A stretch of 64,000 nt of DNA from an uncultured Actinomycetota bacterium (GTDB lineage: Bacteria > Actinomycetota > UBA4738 > HRBIN12), in the NCBI GenBank assembly GCA_963733635.1, contig CAVTEH010000009.1:64873-128872 (forward strand), given 5' to 3'. The number at the start of each line of letters is the position of its first letter. Position 1 is the stretch's first letter. The translations under genes and the position numbers were made by a program. This document shows positions 10,954 through 21,759 of the stretch, piece by piece. The notes beneath the pieces are model-generated. The model was not told the DNA's origin. It ran no database searches and saw only the letters and a list, made by a program, of their open reading frames with translations.

Positions 10954-12267
10954 CTACCGCGCCGCGCGCGGTGCTACCGGGCCGCGATCGGCGATCCGGC
11001 GCTCGGCCTCGAGCCCTTCGTTCTCCTGCGGCTGCGCTCGTTGCGCGCGCGCGCGGCCGATCGCGAGCAGCGCGAGCCCGAGCCCCGCCGCGACGAGCAC
11101 CGCTGAGGATGAACCCCACGCGGGCGCCCAGGTGGTCGCCGATCAGTCCTGCGATGGGCGCGCCGATCGGCGTGGAACCCAGGAACACGATGCCGTACAA
11201 GCGCCATCACGCGGCCACGGGCCTCGGGACGGGACGACAGCTGCAGCATCGTGTTGCCCGTGATCATGAAGGCCATCAGCGTGTACCCCATCGGGATCAT
11301 CGTGAGGGCCGCCACCGAGCAGGGTCGGCGAGAGCCCGGCAGGATCAGGGCCACGCCCGTGGCGAACGCCCACCAGGCCAGACCTCGGATGTGAGGCTGG
11401 GCCGAGCGGCTGGCCATGGTGATCGCCCCGAGGAAGGAGCCGACGCCCGCCAGCGCCGACAGCACGCCGAAGGTCCCCGCGTCGCCGCCGAACGTGTTCC
11501 TCGGCGAGCAGCGGCACGAAGATCGCGAAGTTGAACGCGAACGTGAACACGATGGCCATCGCGATCAACGGCCTGCGCAGGTCGTCGGTCCTCCACACGT
11601 ACTTCAGCCCGGCCACGAGGTGGCCGCGATCGCGTGTGGACCGCTTCTGCGGGTGGAGATCGGCGGTCCGCATCAGCGCCAACGCGATCAAGACCGCGAT
11701 GTAGCTGACCGCATCGATCAGGAAGCACATGGCCATGCCCACGGTCGTGATCAGCAGTCCCGCGATCGCCGGGCCGACCACGCGCGAGCCCGTGAACACC
11801 GCGCTGTTGAGGCTCACCGCGTTGCGCACATGTGCCTCGCCCACCATCTCCACGTAGAAGCTCTGCCGCGTGGGGTTGTCCAGCGCAGTGACCAGACCGG
11901 ACGCCACGGCGGCGACGTAGACCATCCAGAGCTCGACGACGTCGGCCGCCACCAGCACGAACAACACGGTCGCCACGGCGCCGTATCCACATTGCGTGAG
12001 CATGAGGATGCGCCGCTTGTCGAACCGGTCTGCCAGCACACCCCCGTAGGCGGCGAAGAGCAGGACCGGCAGGAAGTAGAGGGCCACGTGGGTGCCGAGC
12101 GCGGTGCCGCTGCCGGTCAGCTCCAGCACGAGCCACGCGGAGGCCGTGAAGTTCATCCACATGCCGATGGCCGAGATGGTCTGGCCGGTCAGGTACAAGC
12201 GGAAGTTGCGGGACTGACGGACCGACGAGAGGGTGCGCCCGACCGCGGCGCTGAAACGGGGACTCAC
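10954..12267 (-). CDS. MFS transporter (DHA3/H+ antiporter-like), frameshifted
   Basis: RNFRLYLTGQTISAIGMWM, GGVLADRFDKRR, DNPTRQSF, NAVSLNS, RGRVMALY..FLGSTPIGAP. Confidence 0.9.
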
Positions 12268-12300
12268 CCATCGATGGTACCCGGCCGGTATCGTGCAGCC

Positions 12301-12946
12301 ATGGCCAGCCGGAACGGACACGGGCGTCACGCGGCGGGCGGTGACGACGAACGGCGGCGGCGGCGCAACCTGCTGATCGCCGCTCTGGTGACCGCAGCGA
12401 TCCTCGCGTTCGGGGGTGGCATCCTGCTGGCGCAGAACAACGGCGACGACGGCCCGTCGCCCTCCCCGACGGCATCGCCCTCGCCGATCGCCACCGAGGA
12501 ACCGACCGTCAGCCCGACACCCAGCGCCTCGGCAACGGCGACTCCGCCGGCCAGCGAGTCGCCGAGCGCTCCTCTCGTCTTGGAGGACGGACGACATTTC
12601 GTGTATCCGAAGGACGCTGCTCGCTGAGGAGTCGTGGTCGCTCTCGTTCGACCTGGCGTACTTCTACATGGAGGAGGCCGCGATCGAAGAGTGCGGGCCC
12701 GATGTGCCGAACGGTTACTGCATCGTGAACGAGAATCCGAGGGTGCGGACCCTGCCCGTGGCCCGAACGGTGACGGTGCGCTACATCCCGGCGGGCGCGT
12801 GTTGCGACTTGGAGCCGGGGAGCTTCCCGCCGCTGGCGGAGGCCGTGAACGGGACCGCGCAGACCGACTATGACCCCGCCGCGCCCTACTGGATCACGGT
12901 GCAGGACGGGCAGATCATGCGGGTCACGCAGCAGTTCCTGCCCTGA
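12301..12946 (+). CDS. Membrane-anchored hypothetical protein with Pro/Ser/Thr linker and Cys-containing domain (frameshift near 12620)
   Basis: N-terminal TM, PSPSPT linker, DGRHF, PNGYCIVNENPRVRTLPV, YWITVQDGQI..VTQQFLP. Confidence 0.65.
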
Positions 12947-13692
12947 TGGCGCGGCGTGGGCCGCGGGACTGGGACGCGGTCGGCGTACGACCGGCTGCCG
13001 ATCCCCATGACCGCCTGGGGCGAGGTCGTGGTCGGCTGGCTCGACCTGCGAGGTGACGAGCGGGTGCTCGACGCCGGGTGCGGGACCGGCCGGGTGACGG
13101 CACTGCTCCGCGATCGGCTGCCCCGCGGCCGGGTGATCGCGGTCGATGGGTCGGCGTCGATGATCGAGCGGGCCCGGGAGCGGCTTGGGCGGGACCGGGT
13201 GGAGTATCTGGTCGCCGATCTGCAGGGCGCCGCTGCCGCTGGAGCCGCCGGTGGATGCGGTCCTGTCCACGGCGACGTTCCATTGGATCACGGACCACGA
13301 TGCGTTGTTCCGCGGACTGGCGGCGTGCTGGATCCGGCCGGGCAGCTGGCGGCGCAGTGCGGCGGAGCCGGCAACATCGCGTCGATCGAAGCCGCGTTGC
13401 GGGCGATGGGTGAGGACTTCCGCGGTCGCAAGCACTTCGCGACGCCGGAGGCGACCCGTGCGCGGCTGGAAGCGGCCGGCTTCATCGAGGTCGAGACTGC
13501 TGGCTCACGGACGCGCCGACGGAGCTGCCCCGAGATGACCTCGAGCCCTACTTGGAAACGATCTGCCTGGGCGATCACGTGCAGGGGATGGAAGCGGGCG
13601 AGCGGCGCGCTTTCGTTCTCGAGGTGGCGGGCAGGATGGTCGAGCCCGTGATCGACTACGTGCGTTTGAACATCCGAGCCCGCCGCGGCTGA
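12946..13692 (+). CDS. Class I SAM-dependent methyltransferase (trans-aconitate methyltransferase-like), frameshifted
   Basis: VLDAGCGTGRVT, DAVLSTATFHW, AQCGGAGNI, DYVRLNIRARRG. Confidence 0.85.
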
Positions 13693-13768
13693 CCCTCGGG
13701 TCGACCTGATGCTCGGCACGCACCGTCGGAAGACACCTGGCGGTGTTCCGCGGCGCCGCGCGGTCGCG

Positions 13769-15144
13769 CTACCGCCCCAGTAGTCCATACCAGACTAGAC
13801 CTGCCGCCGCGCTCGCCGCGATCACCGCCACGGGCTTCCAGCGCAGGCGCCAGAGCCCGACGAACGCCACCACCGCGACCACCACCGCGAAGACGTCGAC
13901 GCTGGACCAGATCGGCGACGGCACGTCGAACCGGCCGAGCACCCGGGCCACGCCCACCTGCGAGAACAGCGCCGCGATCGCGAACGTCACCGCCAGGTTC
14001 GCGATGACTCCCACCACGGCCGCCGTGACGGTCTGCAGCGCCGCGGCGAGCCGACGGTTCCCGCGCAGGCTCTCGATGTACGGAGCCCCCAAGAAGATCC
14101 ACAGGAAGCACGGCGCGAACGTCGCCCACACCGCCACGAACGCTCCCAGCGAGCCGGCGACCAGCGGCGTCAGTCCCCCAGGATTCTGATACGCGCCTAC
14201 GAACCCCACGAACTCCAGCACCATGATCAGCGGGCCCGGCGTGCTCTCCGCCAATCCCAACCCGACCACCATCTGCCCCGGCAGCAGCCACCCGTACGTC
14301 GAGACGGCCGCCACGTTCACGTACGCGAGCACGGCATACGCCCCGCCGAACGTCACCAGCGACGCCCGGGAGAAGAACCAGCCCATCTCGGTGAGCGTGT
14401 CCCCGCTCCCTCGCCACCAGGCGATCAACGCGATGGGCACGAGCCATACGAGCAGGCCCACCACCAGGGTTCGGGCGGCGCCGGCCTTCGATGGGATCGT
14501 GTGCGGCTGCCCGAGGCGCGTCGTCGCGCACCGCGATGCGCTGTTGTTCCTCGAGCTCGGGCGCGACACCCACGTCGAACAGGTCGGGCCGTACGGCGCC
14601 CCCCGCGAAGCCGATCAGCAGCGCCGTCACGACGATCAGCGGGAACGGCACATGGACCACGAAGATGCCCACGAACGCGGCGACCGCGACCGCCAGCATC
14701 AGCCCGTTCGCCAGCGCCTTCGTGCCGATACGGATCATCGCCGCCGCCACGATCGCGATCACCGCCGGCGCGAGGCCCGCGAAGATCGCGCTGACCCACT
14801 CGACGTCGCCCTTCGCCGCGAACAACCACGAAAGGCCGAACATCACGAACACGCTCGGCAGCACGAACATGACGCCGGCGACGAGCCCGCCCTTCACCCG
14901 ATGCAGCAACCATCCGAGATAGATCGCCAGCTGCTGTGCCTCGGGCCCGGGCAACAACATGCAGTAGTTCAACGCGTGCAGGAAGCGTCCGTCTGAGACC
15001 CATCGCCGCCGGTCGACGATCTCCTCGTGCATCAAGCGAGATCTGGCCGGCCGGTCCCCCGAAGTTGATGAAGCCCAGCTTCACCCAGAAGCGGGCAGCC
15101 TCACGGAACGTGACGTCGTGAGGAGACTGTGACGCGTCAGCCAC
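13769..15144 (-). CDS. chrA: Chromate efflux transporter (long-chain CHR), frameshifted
   Basis: FWVKLGFINFGGPAGQI, LNYCMLLPGPEAQQLA, TFGGAYAVL, GLGLAESTPGPLIMV. Confidence 0.92.
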
Positions 15145-15172
15145 GCGGCGCAGTCTAGGGGCAGGGACGACC

Positions 15173-15739
15173 TCAGATGAACAACGACACCGCGGCGTCG
15201 CGCATCTCGGCGATCGCGGTGGCGGCGCCGATCGGCTCTTCGAGCCCATCGAGCAGATCCTGCCGCTTCAGGCCTAGCAGGTCCATCGTCATCTGACATG
15301 GGATCAGCCGAACGCCCAGCTCCTGCGCGGTGGCGATCAGCTCCTCTGGCTTGGCAACCTGGTGATCGCCGGCGAGCTTCTTGAACATGGTGGGGCCGGC
15401 GCCGGCGAAGTGGTAGCGCGAGAGCTTGGCCTTCTGCGCCGAGCCGGGGTTCATGGCGCTCATCATCTTCTGCATCCAGTTGTCGCCGGTGATGCGCACG
15501 CCGGGCTTCACGATCGCGAACAGCCCCCAGAACGTGAAGAACACGCTGGACTCCATGCCGCTCGCCGCAGCGGTCGTCGCCAGGATCGTCGTGGGCCAGA
15601 TGCGATCGAGGTCGCCTCCCCACGCGATGATCGTCAGCTTGTTCTTCTTCTTGACGGCCCCGGCTGAGGCGGCTTCCAGGGCCTCGATGCGCCCCAGCAA
15701 TTCGGCGTACGTGGGTGCGTCGGTCGCGATGGTCTCCAC
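15173..15739 (-). CDS. DsrE/DsrF/DrsH-like (DsrE2-type) sulfur-relay protein
   Basis: SVFFTFWGL, GVRLIPCQMTMDLLG, C-terminal SLFI. Confidence 0.88.
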   Translation of the reverse strand: METIATDAPTYAELLGRIEALEAASAGAVKKKNKLTIIAWGGDLDRIWPTTILATTAAASGMESSVFFTFWGLFAIVKPGVRITGDNWMQKMMSAMNPGSAQKAKLSRYHFAGAGPTMFKKLAGDHQVAKPEELIATAQELGVRLIPCQMTMDLLGLKRQDLLDGLEEPIGAATAIAEMRDAAVSLFI

Positions 15740-15752
15740 GCTGCCATCTCGA

Positions 15753-16000
15753 TCAGGCCTTCCGGATCAGGTAGCGGAACTCGCCCGCGTCCTCGCCGGA
15801 TCCATCAGCTCGTTGCCGCTGATCTCGGCCCAGCTCGGGACATCGGACCGGGAGCCCGGGTCGGTTGCGAGCAGCTCGAACAGGTTCGCCGCTCTGCGGC
15901 GTCCTTCAGGGCTCGCGCGAGCTCGACGAGTGGCCCGGGGCACGACTGCCCTCGAGCGTCGACGATGATCGTAACGCCGGTGGAAGCGGTAAAGAGACAC
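15753..16000 (-). CDS. tusA: TusA-family sulfurtransferase (frameshifted)
   Basis: VDARGQSCPGPLVEL...ELLATDPGSRSDVPSWA..SGNEL...FRYLIRKA. Confidence 0.82.
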
Positions 16001-16126
16001 GGGTGCACCTCCGGTGCGGTGGTGGGACGAAGGAAGGTGGAGCGCTCGGCGCGAAGGCCGTCCCTGGTCAGCGCGGACAGCAGATGCGATCGGGGATCAT
16101 GGCCCCCACGATGCCGGCTTCGCGTG

Positions 16127-16141
16127 TGCAGATCATTTGCA
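16127..16141. promoter_or_regulatory. Near-perfect inverted repeat TGCAGAT-C-ATTTGCA, candidate repressor site for tusA-dsrE
   Basis: One-mismatch IR just downstream of a minus-strand TACGCT -10-like hexamer. Confidence 0.4.
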
Positions 16142-16305
16142 GGTGCAACAGCGTAGCCCACTGCGGTTGTTCCCAACAAGGGACCTTCGGCCTCCCCACC
16201 GGCCCGGCACCGGGTAAGATGACCCACATGTGACGAAGCGCTGACCCGACCAGGGACTCAGATCCCCGCGCGCAACGGCGCGCTCAGTCCTTCCGGAGTC
16301 AGCGC

Positions 16306-17956
16306 ATGACCTTCGCTCTCGTCCTGCTGACAGCTCTCCGCTCGATCGGTCTCGAAGTCTCACGGTGGAGCCGTCGTGCTGGAGGGCGTGAGCATGCTGG
16401 TCGCGCCACGATCCAGGATCGGCCTGCTTGGACCCAACGGCGTCGGCAAATCAAGCCTGTTGCGCGTATCTGGCGGGCCAGGGACGAACCCGACGCCGGG
16501 GTCGTCCGGCGATCGCCCGCGCTCCATGACGGTGGGGCTGCTCGACCAAGAGCCGGGCGCCGAGCCGGGCGAACGGTGCGATCGTTCCTGGCGAAGGCCA
16601 CTGGCATCGCGCGCGGCTGCGGACGAGCTGCAGCGGCCACGCGGCCATGACCGAGGACCTCGGCACGATCCAGCGCTACACGGAGTCCCTCGATCGATTC
16701 GACCGGCTCGGAGGTCACGACTTCGAGTGTCCGTGCGGCCACCATCGCCGCCGAGCTCGGGTTCCGCTCCTCTGGACGTTCGCGTGGATCAGCTCTCCGG
16801 AGGACAGCGGACCCGCGCGGCGCTCGCCGCGATCGAGCTCGCCGGTTCGACGTGCTGCTGCTGGACGAGCCCACGAACAACCTGGACGCCGAAGGGTTGG
16901 AGCGGCTGGAGTCCATGGTGCAGAGGGTTCGCCGGTGGCATCGTCGTCGTCTCGCACGATCGGGCGTTCCTGGATGCGTGCGTGGATCGGTTCCTGGAAC
17001 TGGATCCGTTCACCCGGCGAGCGAGCGAATTCGTCGGCGACTTGGAGCGACGTACGTGGCCGATCGTGAGCGAGACGGCGACAGGCACAGGGCGCTCACG
17101 ATGCGGCCGTCGCTGAACGCGCACGCCTCCAACGACGCGCGCATCAAGTCCGTCAGGAATCCGCCGAGGCGGTCGGTCGCGTGAAGCGCTCGGATGAAAA
17201 GGACAAGTTCGTGCGGTTCGCCAAGATCACCGGAGCCCAACGCCACGCGGCGGGTGCCGCGCGGCTGGAACGTCAGATCGAACGCATCGACGTGCCCGAC
17301 GCGCCGCGCGAGCGATGGGTGCTGCGGATGGATCTGGCGCCGGCCTCGCGCGGGCAGCGACGTGGTGGCCCGCCTCGTGGACGCCGAGGTGATCACGCGG
17401 GGCTAGTTCCGGCTGGGACCGATCGACCTGGACATCGTCAGGGGCGAGCGCATCGCGCTGGTCGGTCCCAACGGCACCGGCAAGTCCACGCTGCTCGGCG
17501 CGATCGCCGGTGACCTCCCGATGTCCGAACGGCACCAGAACGCTCGGGACCCAGCGTCGTGCCGGGGCTCTTGGCGCAGGAGCGTGACCTGCTCCGCCTC
17601 CGCAGGAAGATCTCCTCGCGATGATGGCACGAACCACGGGTTCCCCGGGGGCCGATGCGCGTTCACTGCTGGCGAAGTTCGAGCTGGGAGCCGACGACGT
17701 GCAGCGGCCCGCGACCGAGCTTTCTCCCGGCGAACGCACCCGGGCCGCCCTGGCGGTGCTCGCCGCGCGGCGAACCAACCTGCTGCTCCTGGACGAGCCC
17801 ACGAACCATCTGGATCTGGCCGCGATCGAGCAGCTCGAGCGCGCGTTGGCCGACTACGAAGGGCACGTTCGTGATCGCGACGCACGACCGGCGGCTGTTG
17901 GAGACGATCGGCATCACGCGCACGATCGAGCTTCGACGCTTCGCGGCGTCCGCTAG
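16306..17956 (+). CDS. ABC-F family ATPase (many frameshifts)
   Basis: GPNGVGKSS, LSGGQR, LLLDEPTNNLD, VSHDRAFL; second domain GPNGTGKST, LSPGERTR, LLLDEPTNHLD. No TM segments. Confidence 0.85.
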
Positions 17957-18771
17957 CCCGGTGTGTCGGCGGCGTGGTGAGGCAGCCGGCCGGCCGGCCG
18001 AGGCGTTCGAGCCCCGCCAGGTCGCCCGGGCCGAGGTCGGTGATCCCCGCCGCCGGACGACTCCATGAGCTGGCCGAAGTTCTCTCGCGTGATCGAGACC
18101 CACGATGTGGCCGAGCTCGTGCAGCACGACGGGGCCCTGCGCGCCGACCAGCTCGAACCCCGGGCGGGTTCGGGTCTTCCAGATTGATCGCGATCCAGCC
18201 GCTCACCAGCACGTCGCCGTCGGCGGACGCGGTCGAGGGTGCCGCGACTCCGGCCGCCGTGTGATCCGTCATGGGCGAACGAGATGTCACTGCTATCAGG
18301 GTCGACCCAAGCGATCAGGACCGGAGCCCATCGATCGCCGTAGCGCTCGGGCTGGTAGACGGGCCGGCGTCGCATGGGCGACTCGTTGCTGAGCCCGTCG
18401 TAGTCGAAGTCGATACCGGTGGCGACGGACATCCGGCGGACGGCTTCGTGTACGTCCTGCATCGAACCTTCGGGCGCCAGGCCCAGGTTCACGACGTAGT
18501 GGATCGGCTCGCAGGGATTCCAGCGGATCGGGTTGCCCCGGAAGTCCTGAGCCAGGAACTCGTACTCGTCGGCGTGCTCGGCCGGATCGTAGCGGGTGAC
18601 GAACGAGACCAGGCCGGCCACCGCCATGAAGAACAAGGTGAGCATCGCCGATCCCACTACCCACACGGGGAACCGGCGTGCTGGTGCAGGCTGGGGCGCA
18701 CCGGGAAGCCATGCCGGCGACCACTCACTCAGGTCGGGCCGGGGAGGGATCGGTGGGGGAAGCGGTGACAC
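17953..18771 (-). CDS. Matrixin/metzincin-family metalloprotease, membrane-anchored (frameshifted)
   Basis: PIRWNPCEPIHYVVN, HELGHIVGLDH (HExxHxxGxxH), QLM Met-turn, LGPGDLAGL. Confidence 0.85.
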   Translation of the reverse strand: MSPLPPPIPPRPDLSEWSPAWLPGAPQPAPARRFPVWVVGSAMLTLFFMAVAGLVSFVTRYDPAEHADEYEFLAQDFRGNPIRWNPCEPIHYVVNLGLAPEGSMQDVHEAVRRMSVATGIDFDYDGLSNESPMRRRPVYQPERYGDRWAPVLIAWVDPDSSDISFAHDGSHGGRSRGTLDRVRRRRRAGERLDRDQSGRPEPARGSSWSARRAPSCCTSSATSWVSITRENFGQLMESSGGGDHRPRPGRPGGARTPRPAGRLPHHAADTPG

Positions 18772-18797
18772 GTCGTGCGCTCCTTCGTCGGTGCGTC

Positions 18798-19229
18798 TCA
18801 GCGGATCCTTCGGCGGCGGTCCTTCGGCCAGTAGACCAGGACCACCTTCGCCTTCAGTGCATCGGCGGTGACGGGCCCGAACTGTCGGCTGTCCGTCGAT
18901 GCGGCGGCGAAGTCGCCCTCGACCCAGTATTCGTCGGCGGCCAGGATCCGGCTTGCCCGACGCCTCGGAGACGCGGTCACCGTCACGCCGTCGCCGGGCA
19001 GCGCCACCAGGCGCTTCACCATCTCGTATCCGGGCCGACCGGGGTGCTCCACCACGACGACGTCCCCTCGTTCGTACCTCGTCGGGCATGATCACCAACG
19101 CCTGATCGCCCGGGAGCGAGCAGCGGCGCCATCGAACCGCCTTCGATCGAGATACGCGAGGGTTTCCTGCGCATGACGGCCCACGCGAGACCGGCGGTCA
19201 CGACGGCAGCCGCGGCGACGCCGGACCAC
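18798..19229 (-). CDS. sodX: Nickel-SOD maturation protease (S26 family), frameshifted
   Basis: IEGGSMAP, GDVVVVEHP, MVKR, WVEGD..STDSRQFGPV. Divergent from sodN. Confidence 0.85.
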
Positions 19230-19307
19230 GGTTTCGCACTCCGACCGCGGTGGTAGGTTCCGGGTTCCGGGCCGTTCGGGCCGGGATCGGATGAAGGAGG
19301 GGATTCC

Positions 19308-19700
19308 ATGCTCGAAGCATTCCTCACGCCGCGACGGATCGTCCACGCCCACTGCGACCTTCCGTGCGGTGTGTACGACCCAGCGCAGGCGCGCATCGAA
19401 GCCGAGTCGGTGAAGGCGTGCCAGGAGAAGTACCAGGGCAGCGACGACGACATCTTCCGCGACCGTGCCGTCTCGATCAAAGAAGAGCGAGCGGACCTGG
19501 TCAAGGAACATCTGTGGATCCTGTGGACCGACTACTTCAAGCCAGAGCACGTGGAGAAGTTCCCGGACCTGCACGACAAGTTCTGGAAGGCCACCAAGCT
19601 CGCCGGCGAATCGAAGAAGTCCGTGGACCCGGCGCAGGGCCAGCAGCTCCTGGACGCCGTCGACGAGCTCGCCAAGATCTTCTGGGAGACCAAGTCATAG
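19308..19700 (+). CDS. sodN: Nickel superoxide dismutase
   Basis: Leader followed by the Ni-hook HCDLPCGVYDPAQA; LWTDYFKP; IFWETK. Confidence 0.97.
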   Translation: MLEAFLTPRRIVHAHCDLPCGVYDPAQARIEAESVKACQEKYQGSDDDIFRDRAVSIKEERADLVKEHLWILWTDYFKPEHVEKFPDLHDKFWKATKLAGESKKSVDPAQGQQLLDAVDELAKIFWETKS

Positions 19701-19706
19701 ACGGAC

Positions 19707-19736
19707 GTAGGCCGGGGCTTGCCCCCGGCCGGCTAC
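19707..19736 (+). repeat. GTAG-type REP-like palindrome (family A)
   Basis: GTAGGCCGGGGCTTGCCCCCGGCCGGCTAC, matching 8314. Confidence 0.6.
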
Positions 19737-19745
19737 CCACAGAGG

Positions 19746-19783
19746 CCCGGTGGGCGGGGCCGTCGGATCCCCCGCCCACCGGG
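19746..19783. terminator. GC-rich hairpin after sodN
   Basis: CCCGGTGGGCGGGG ... CCCCGCCCACCGGG. Confidence 0.55.
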
Positions 19784-20002
19784 ACGTACCATCGCCAGGC
19801 CAACTCGATCCATGCGGGCGTAAGACGGACCCGGCGGAATGGGGTGGGTCTGGCGGCACCCCACCCCGCCCGGTCTCCATGGCTACATCGGCAGCATCGC
19901 TGTCTCGGGCGCACCGGCCGAAGGACTGCTTGTGTGGGCCGAACGGTGGACCGGCTCCCGGTCGAACGGCCGCCGCAACCACCGCTGTTAGGCTCGCCGA
20001 CC

Positions 20003-20984
20003 GTGAAGGACGTGGGCTTGGTCGGTATGCCGTTCAGCGGGAAATCGACCCTGTTCACGGCGATGACGCGCGCCGGTTCGCCCGGAGGTCAGGCCAACCT
20101 CGCGGTCGTGCCGGTACCCGATCCTCGTCTGCAGGTGCTCACCGAGATGGAGTCTTCGGCCAAAACGGTCGCGGCCCAGGTTCGATTCGTGGACGTGCCG
20201 GGTGGGGTATCGAGTGCGCAAGGGCTGGCAAAGCTTCGTGAGGTCGACGCGCTCGCCGTGGTGCTCCGCTGCTTCGGTGCCGACGCTGTCCCAGCTGATG
20301 AGTTGGAGTCCGTCCGCGGCGAGCTGATGCTCGCCGATCTGGCGGTGATCGAGAGCGCGCTCGCGAAAGCCGAGAAGAAGGCGCGCGGCAAGCCCGGAGC
20401 CGAGGTTGACGCGCTCCGCCGCGCCAAGGAAGCGCTCGAGGCCGAGACGCCGCTGCGCGCCGCGGGCGTGTCCGCCGAGGATGCCGCGCATCTGCGTGGG
20501 ATCGCACCGCTCACGCTGAAGCCTGAGGCAGTCATCGCCAATCTGGAGGAAGGACTCGAGGTTCCCGAGGACCTCGACCCCGACAGGCGCGGCCGGCGTG
20601 TATGCCTCGATCGAAGCCGAGACCGCGGAGATGGAACCCGACGAAGCTCGCGCGCTGCTCGAGGAGTTCGGCGTCAGCGAACCGGGCCTGGAGACGGTCA
20701 TCGCGGCGAGCTACCGCGCGCTCGACCTGATCACGTTCCTGACGACAGGAGAAGACGAAACGCGCGCGTGGGAAGTTCGACGCGGCGCCAAAGCTCCTGA
20801 AGCGGCCGGCGTGATCCACACCGACCTCGAGCGCGGGTTCATCCGCGCCGAGGTGATCGGCTACGAGGACCTGGTGTCGGCCGGCTCGATGACCGCGGCG
20901 AAAGCCGCAGGTACCGTGCGCCAAGAAGGCAAGGACTATGAGGTGGCCGAAGGCGACATCCTCAACATCCGCTTCAACGTCTAG
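20003..20984 (+). CDS. YchF/OLA1-like ATPase (DUF933 C-terminus), shortened paralog; frameshift near 20585
   Basis: GLVGMPFSGKSTLF, VPVPDPRL, LITFLTTG..ETRAW, AAGVIHTDLERGFIRAEVI, EGKDY.V.EGDIL.IRFNV. Confidence 0.88.
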
Positions 20985-21051
20985 CCAGGATCTGTGACCT
21001 CGAACTCGACCCACGTGGGCGGTGCCTCGGCGGGAGTACCCTCGAACGACC

Positions 21052-21444
21052 ATGGGCGAGAGCTATCGGATCGGCGAGGCAGCGAAGACGCTCGGCGTGC
21101 GTGTGGAGACGCTGCGCCGCTGGGAACGCGACGGCAAGCTCCACGTCGATCGGACCCAAGGTGGCCAGCGAACGGTCCCAGCGGCCGAGGTGGCGAGGTT
21201 GCTTAGCGATCGCCGCCACGACGAGCCGATCGCGGCCGCCAGCGCACGCAACCGGTTCCCGGGCGTGATCACCGAGGTCAGACGAGACGGGCTGGCCGCC
21301 ACGGTCGAGATCCAGGCCGGGCCACACCGTGTCTTGGCGTTCATCACCCGCGAGGCGGCCGATCAACTCGATCTGCAGCCCGGAATGGAGGCGGTCGCCA
21401 CGGTCAAAGCGACAAGCGTGATGGTGAACCTACCCGAGGACTGA
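21052..21444 (+). CDS. MerR/excisionase-type HTH + TOBE domain molybdate regulator
   Basis: YRIGEAAKTLGVRVETLRRWE; SARNRFPG; ATVKATSV. Confidence 0.88.
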   Translation: MGESYRIGEAAKTLGVRVETLRRWERDGKLHVDRTQGGQRTVPAAEVARLLSDRRHDEPIAAASARNRFPGVITEVRRDGLAATVEIQAGPHRVLAFITREAADQLDLQPGMEAVATVKATSVMVNLPED

Positions 21445-21451
21445 CGAGACC

Positions 21452-21658
21452 TCAGTCGATGCCGATCATCACGTCGGTGGCCTTGATGATCGCGGTGACC
21501 TGACCACCTTCGGCCAGCCCCAGACGTTCGGCCGAATCCTTCGTGATGGCGGCCACGACCTGCTGGCCACCGACCTCGACCACGACCTCGGCCATCACCG
21601 CGCCGATCGTGACGCTCTTGACGGTACCGCTCAGTTGGTTCCTCGCGCTGGTCTTCAT
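21452..21658 (-). CDS. Molbindin (Mop/TOBE) protein
   Basis: MKTSARNQLSGTV...AITKDSAERLGL..G.QVTAIIKATDVMI. Confidence 0.93.
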   Translation of the reverse strand: MKTSARNQLSGTVKSVTIGAVMAEVVVEVGGQQVVAAITKDSAERLGLAEGGQVTAIIKATDVMIGID

Positions 21659-21705
21659 GGCCTCTCCTCAGCTTCCTACGGTCATACCGCTAGCTTTCCC
21701 TTGGC

Positions 21706-21729
21706 AGCGTAGTCCTCAAACACTACGCT
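21706..21729. promoter_or_regulatory. Inverted repeat AGCGTAGT-N8-ACTACGCT, candidate molybdate-regulator operator
   Basis: Perfect 8-bp IR between the divergent mop and modA genes. Confidence 0.6.
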
Positions 21730-21759
21730 CTGCATTTCGACCTCAGGGGGGTTCTTACC

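Noticed and set aside
16001-16300. SAM or other riboswitch upstream of tusA, or a leader peptide for the ABC-F gene
   Set aside because: Consensus elements of SAM-I/IV or other riboswitches could not be found by eye, and there is no convincing uORF.
21052-21230. Excisionase-like HTH as a sign of a mobile element
   Set aside because: It is fused to a TOBE domain inside the mod locus, so it is a regulator.
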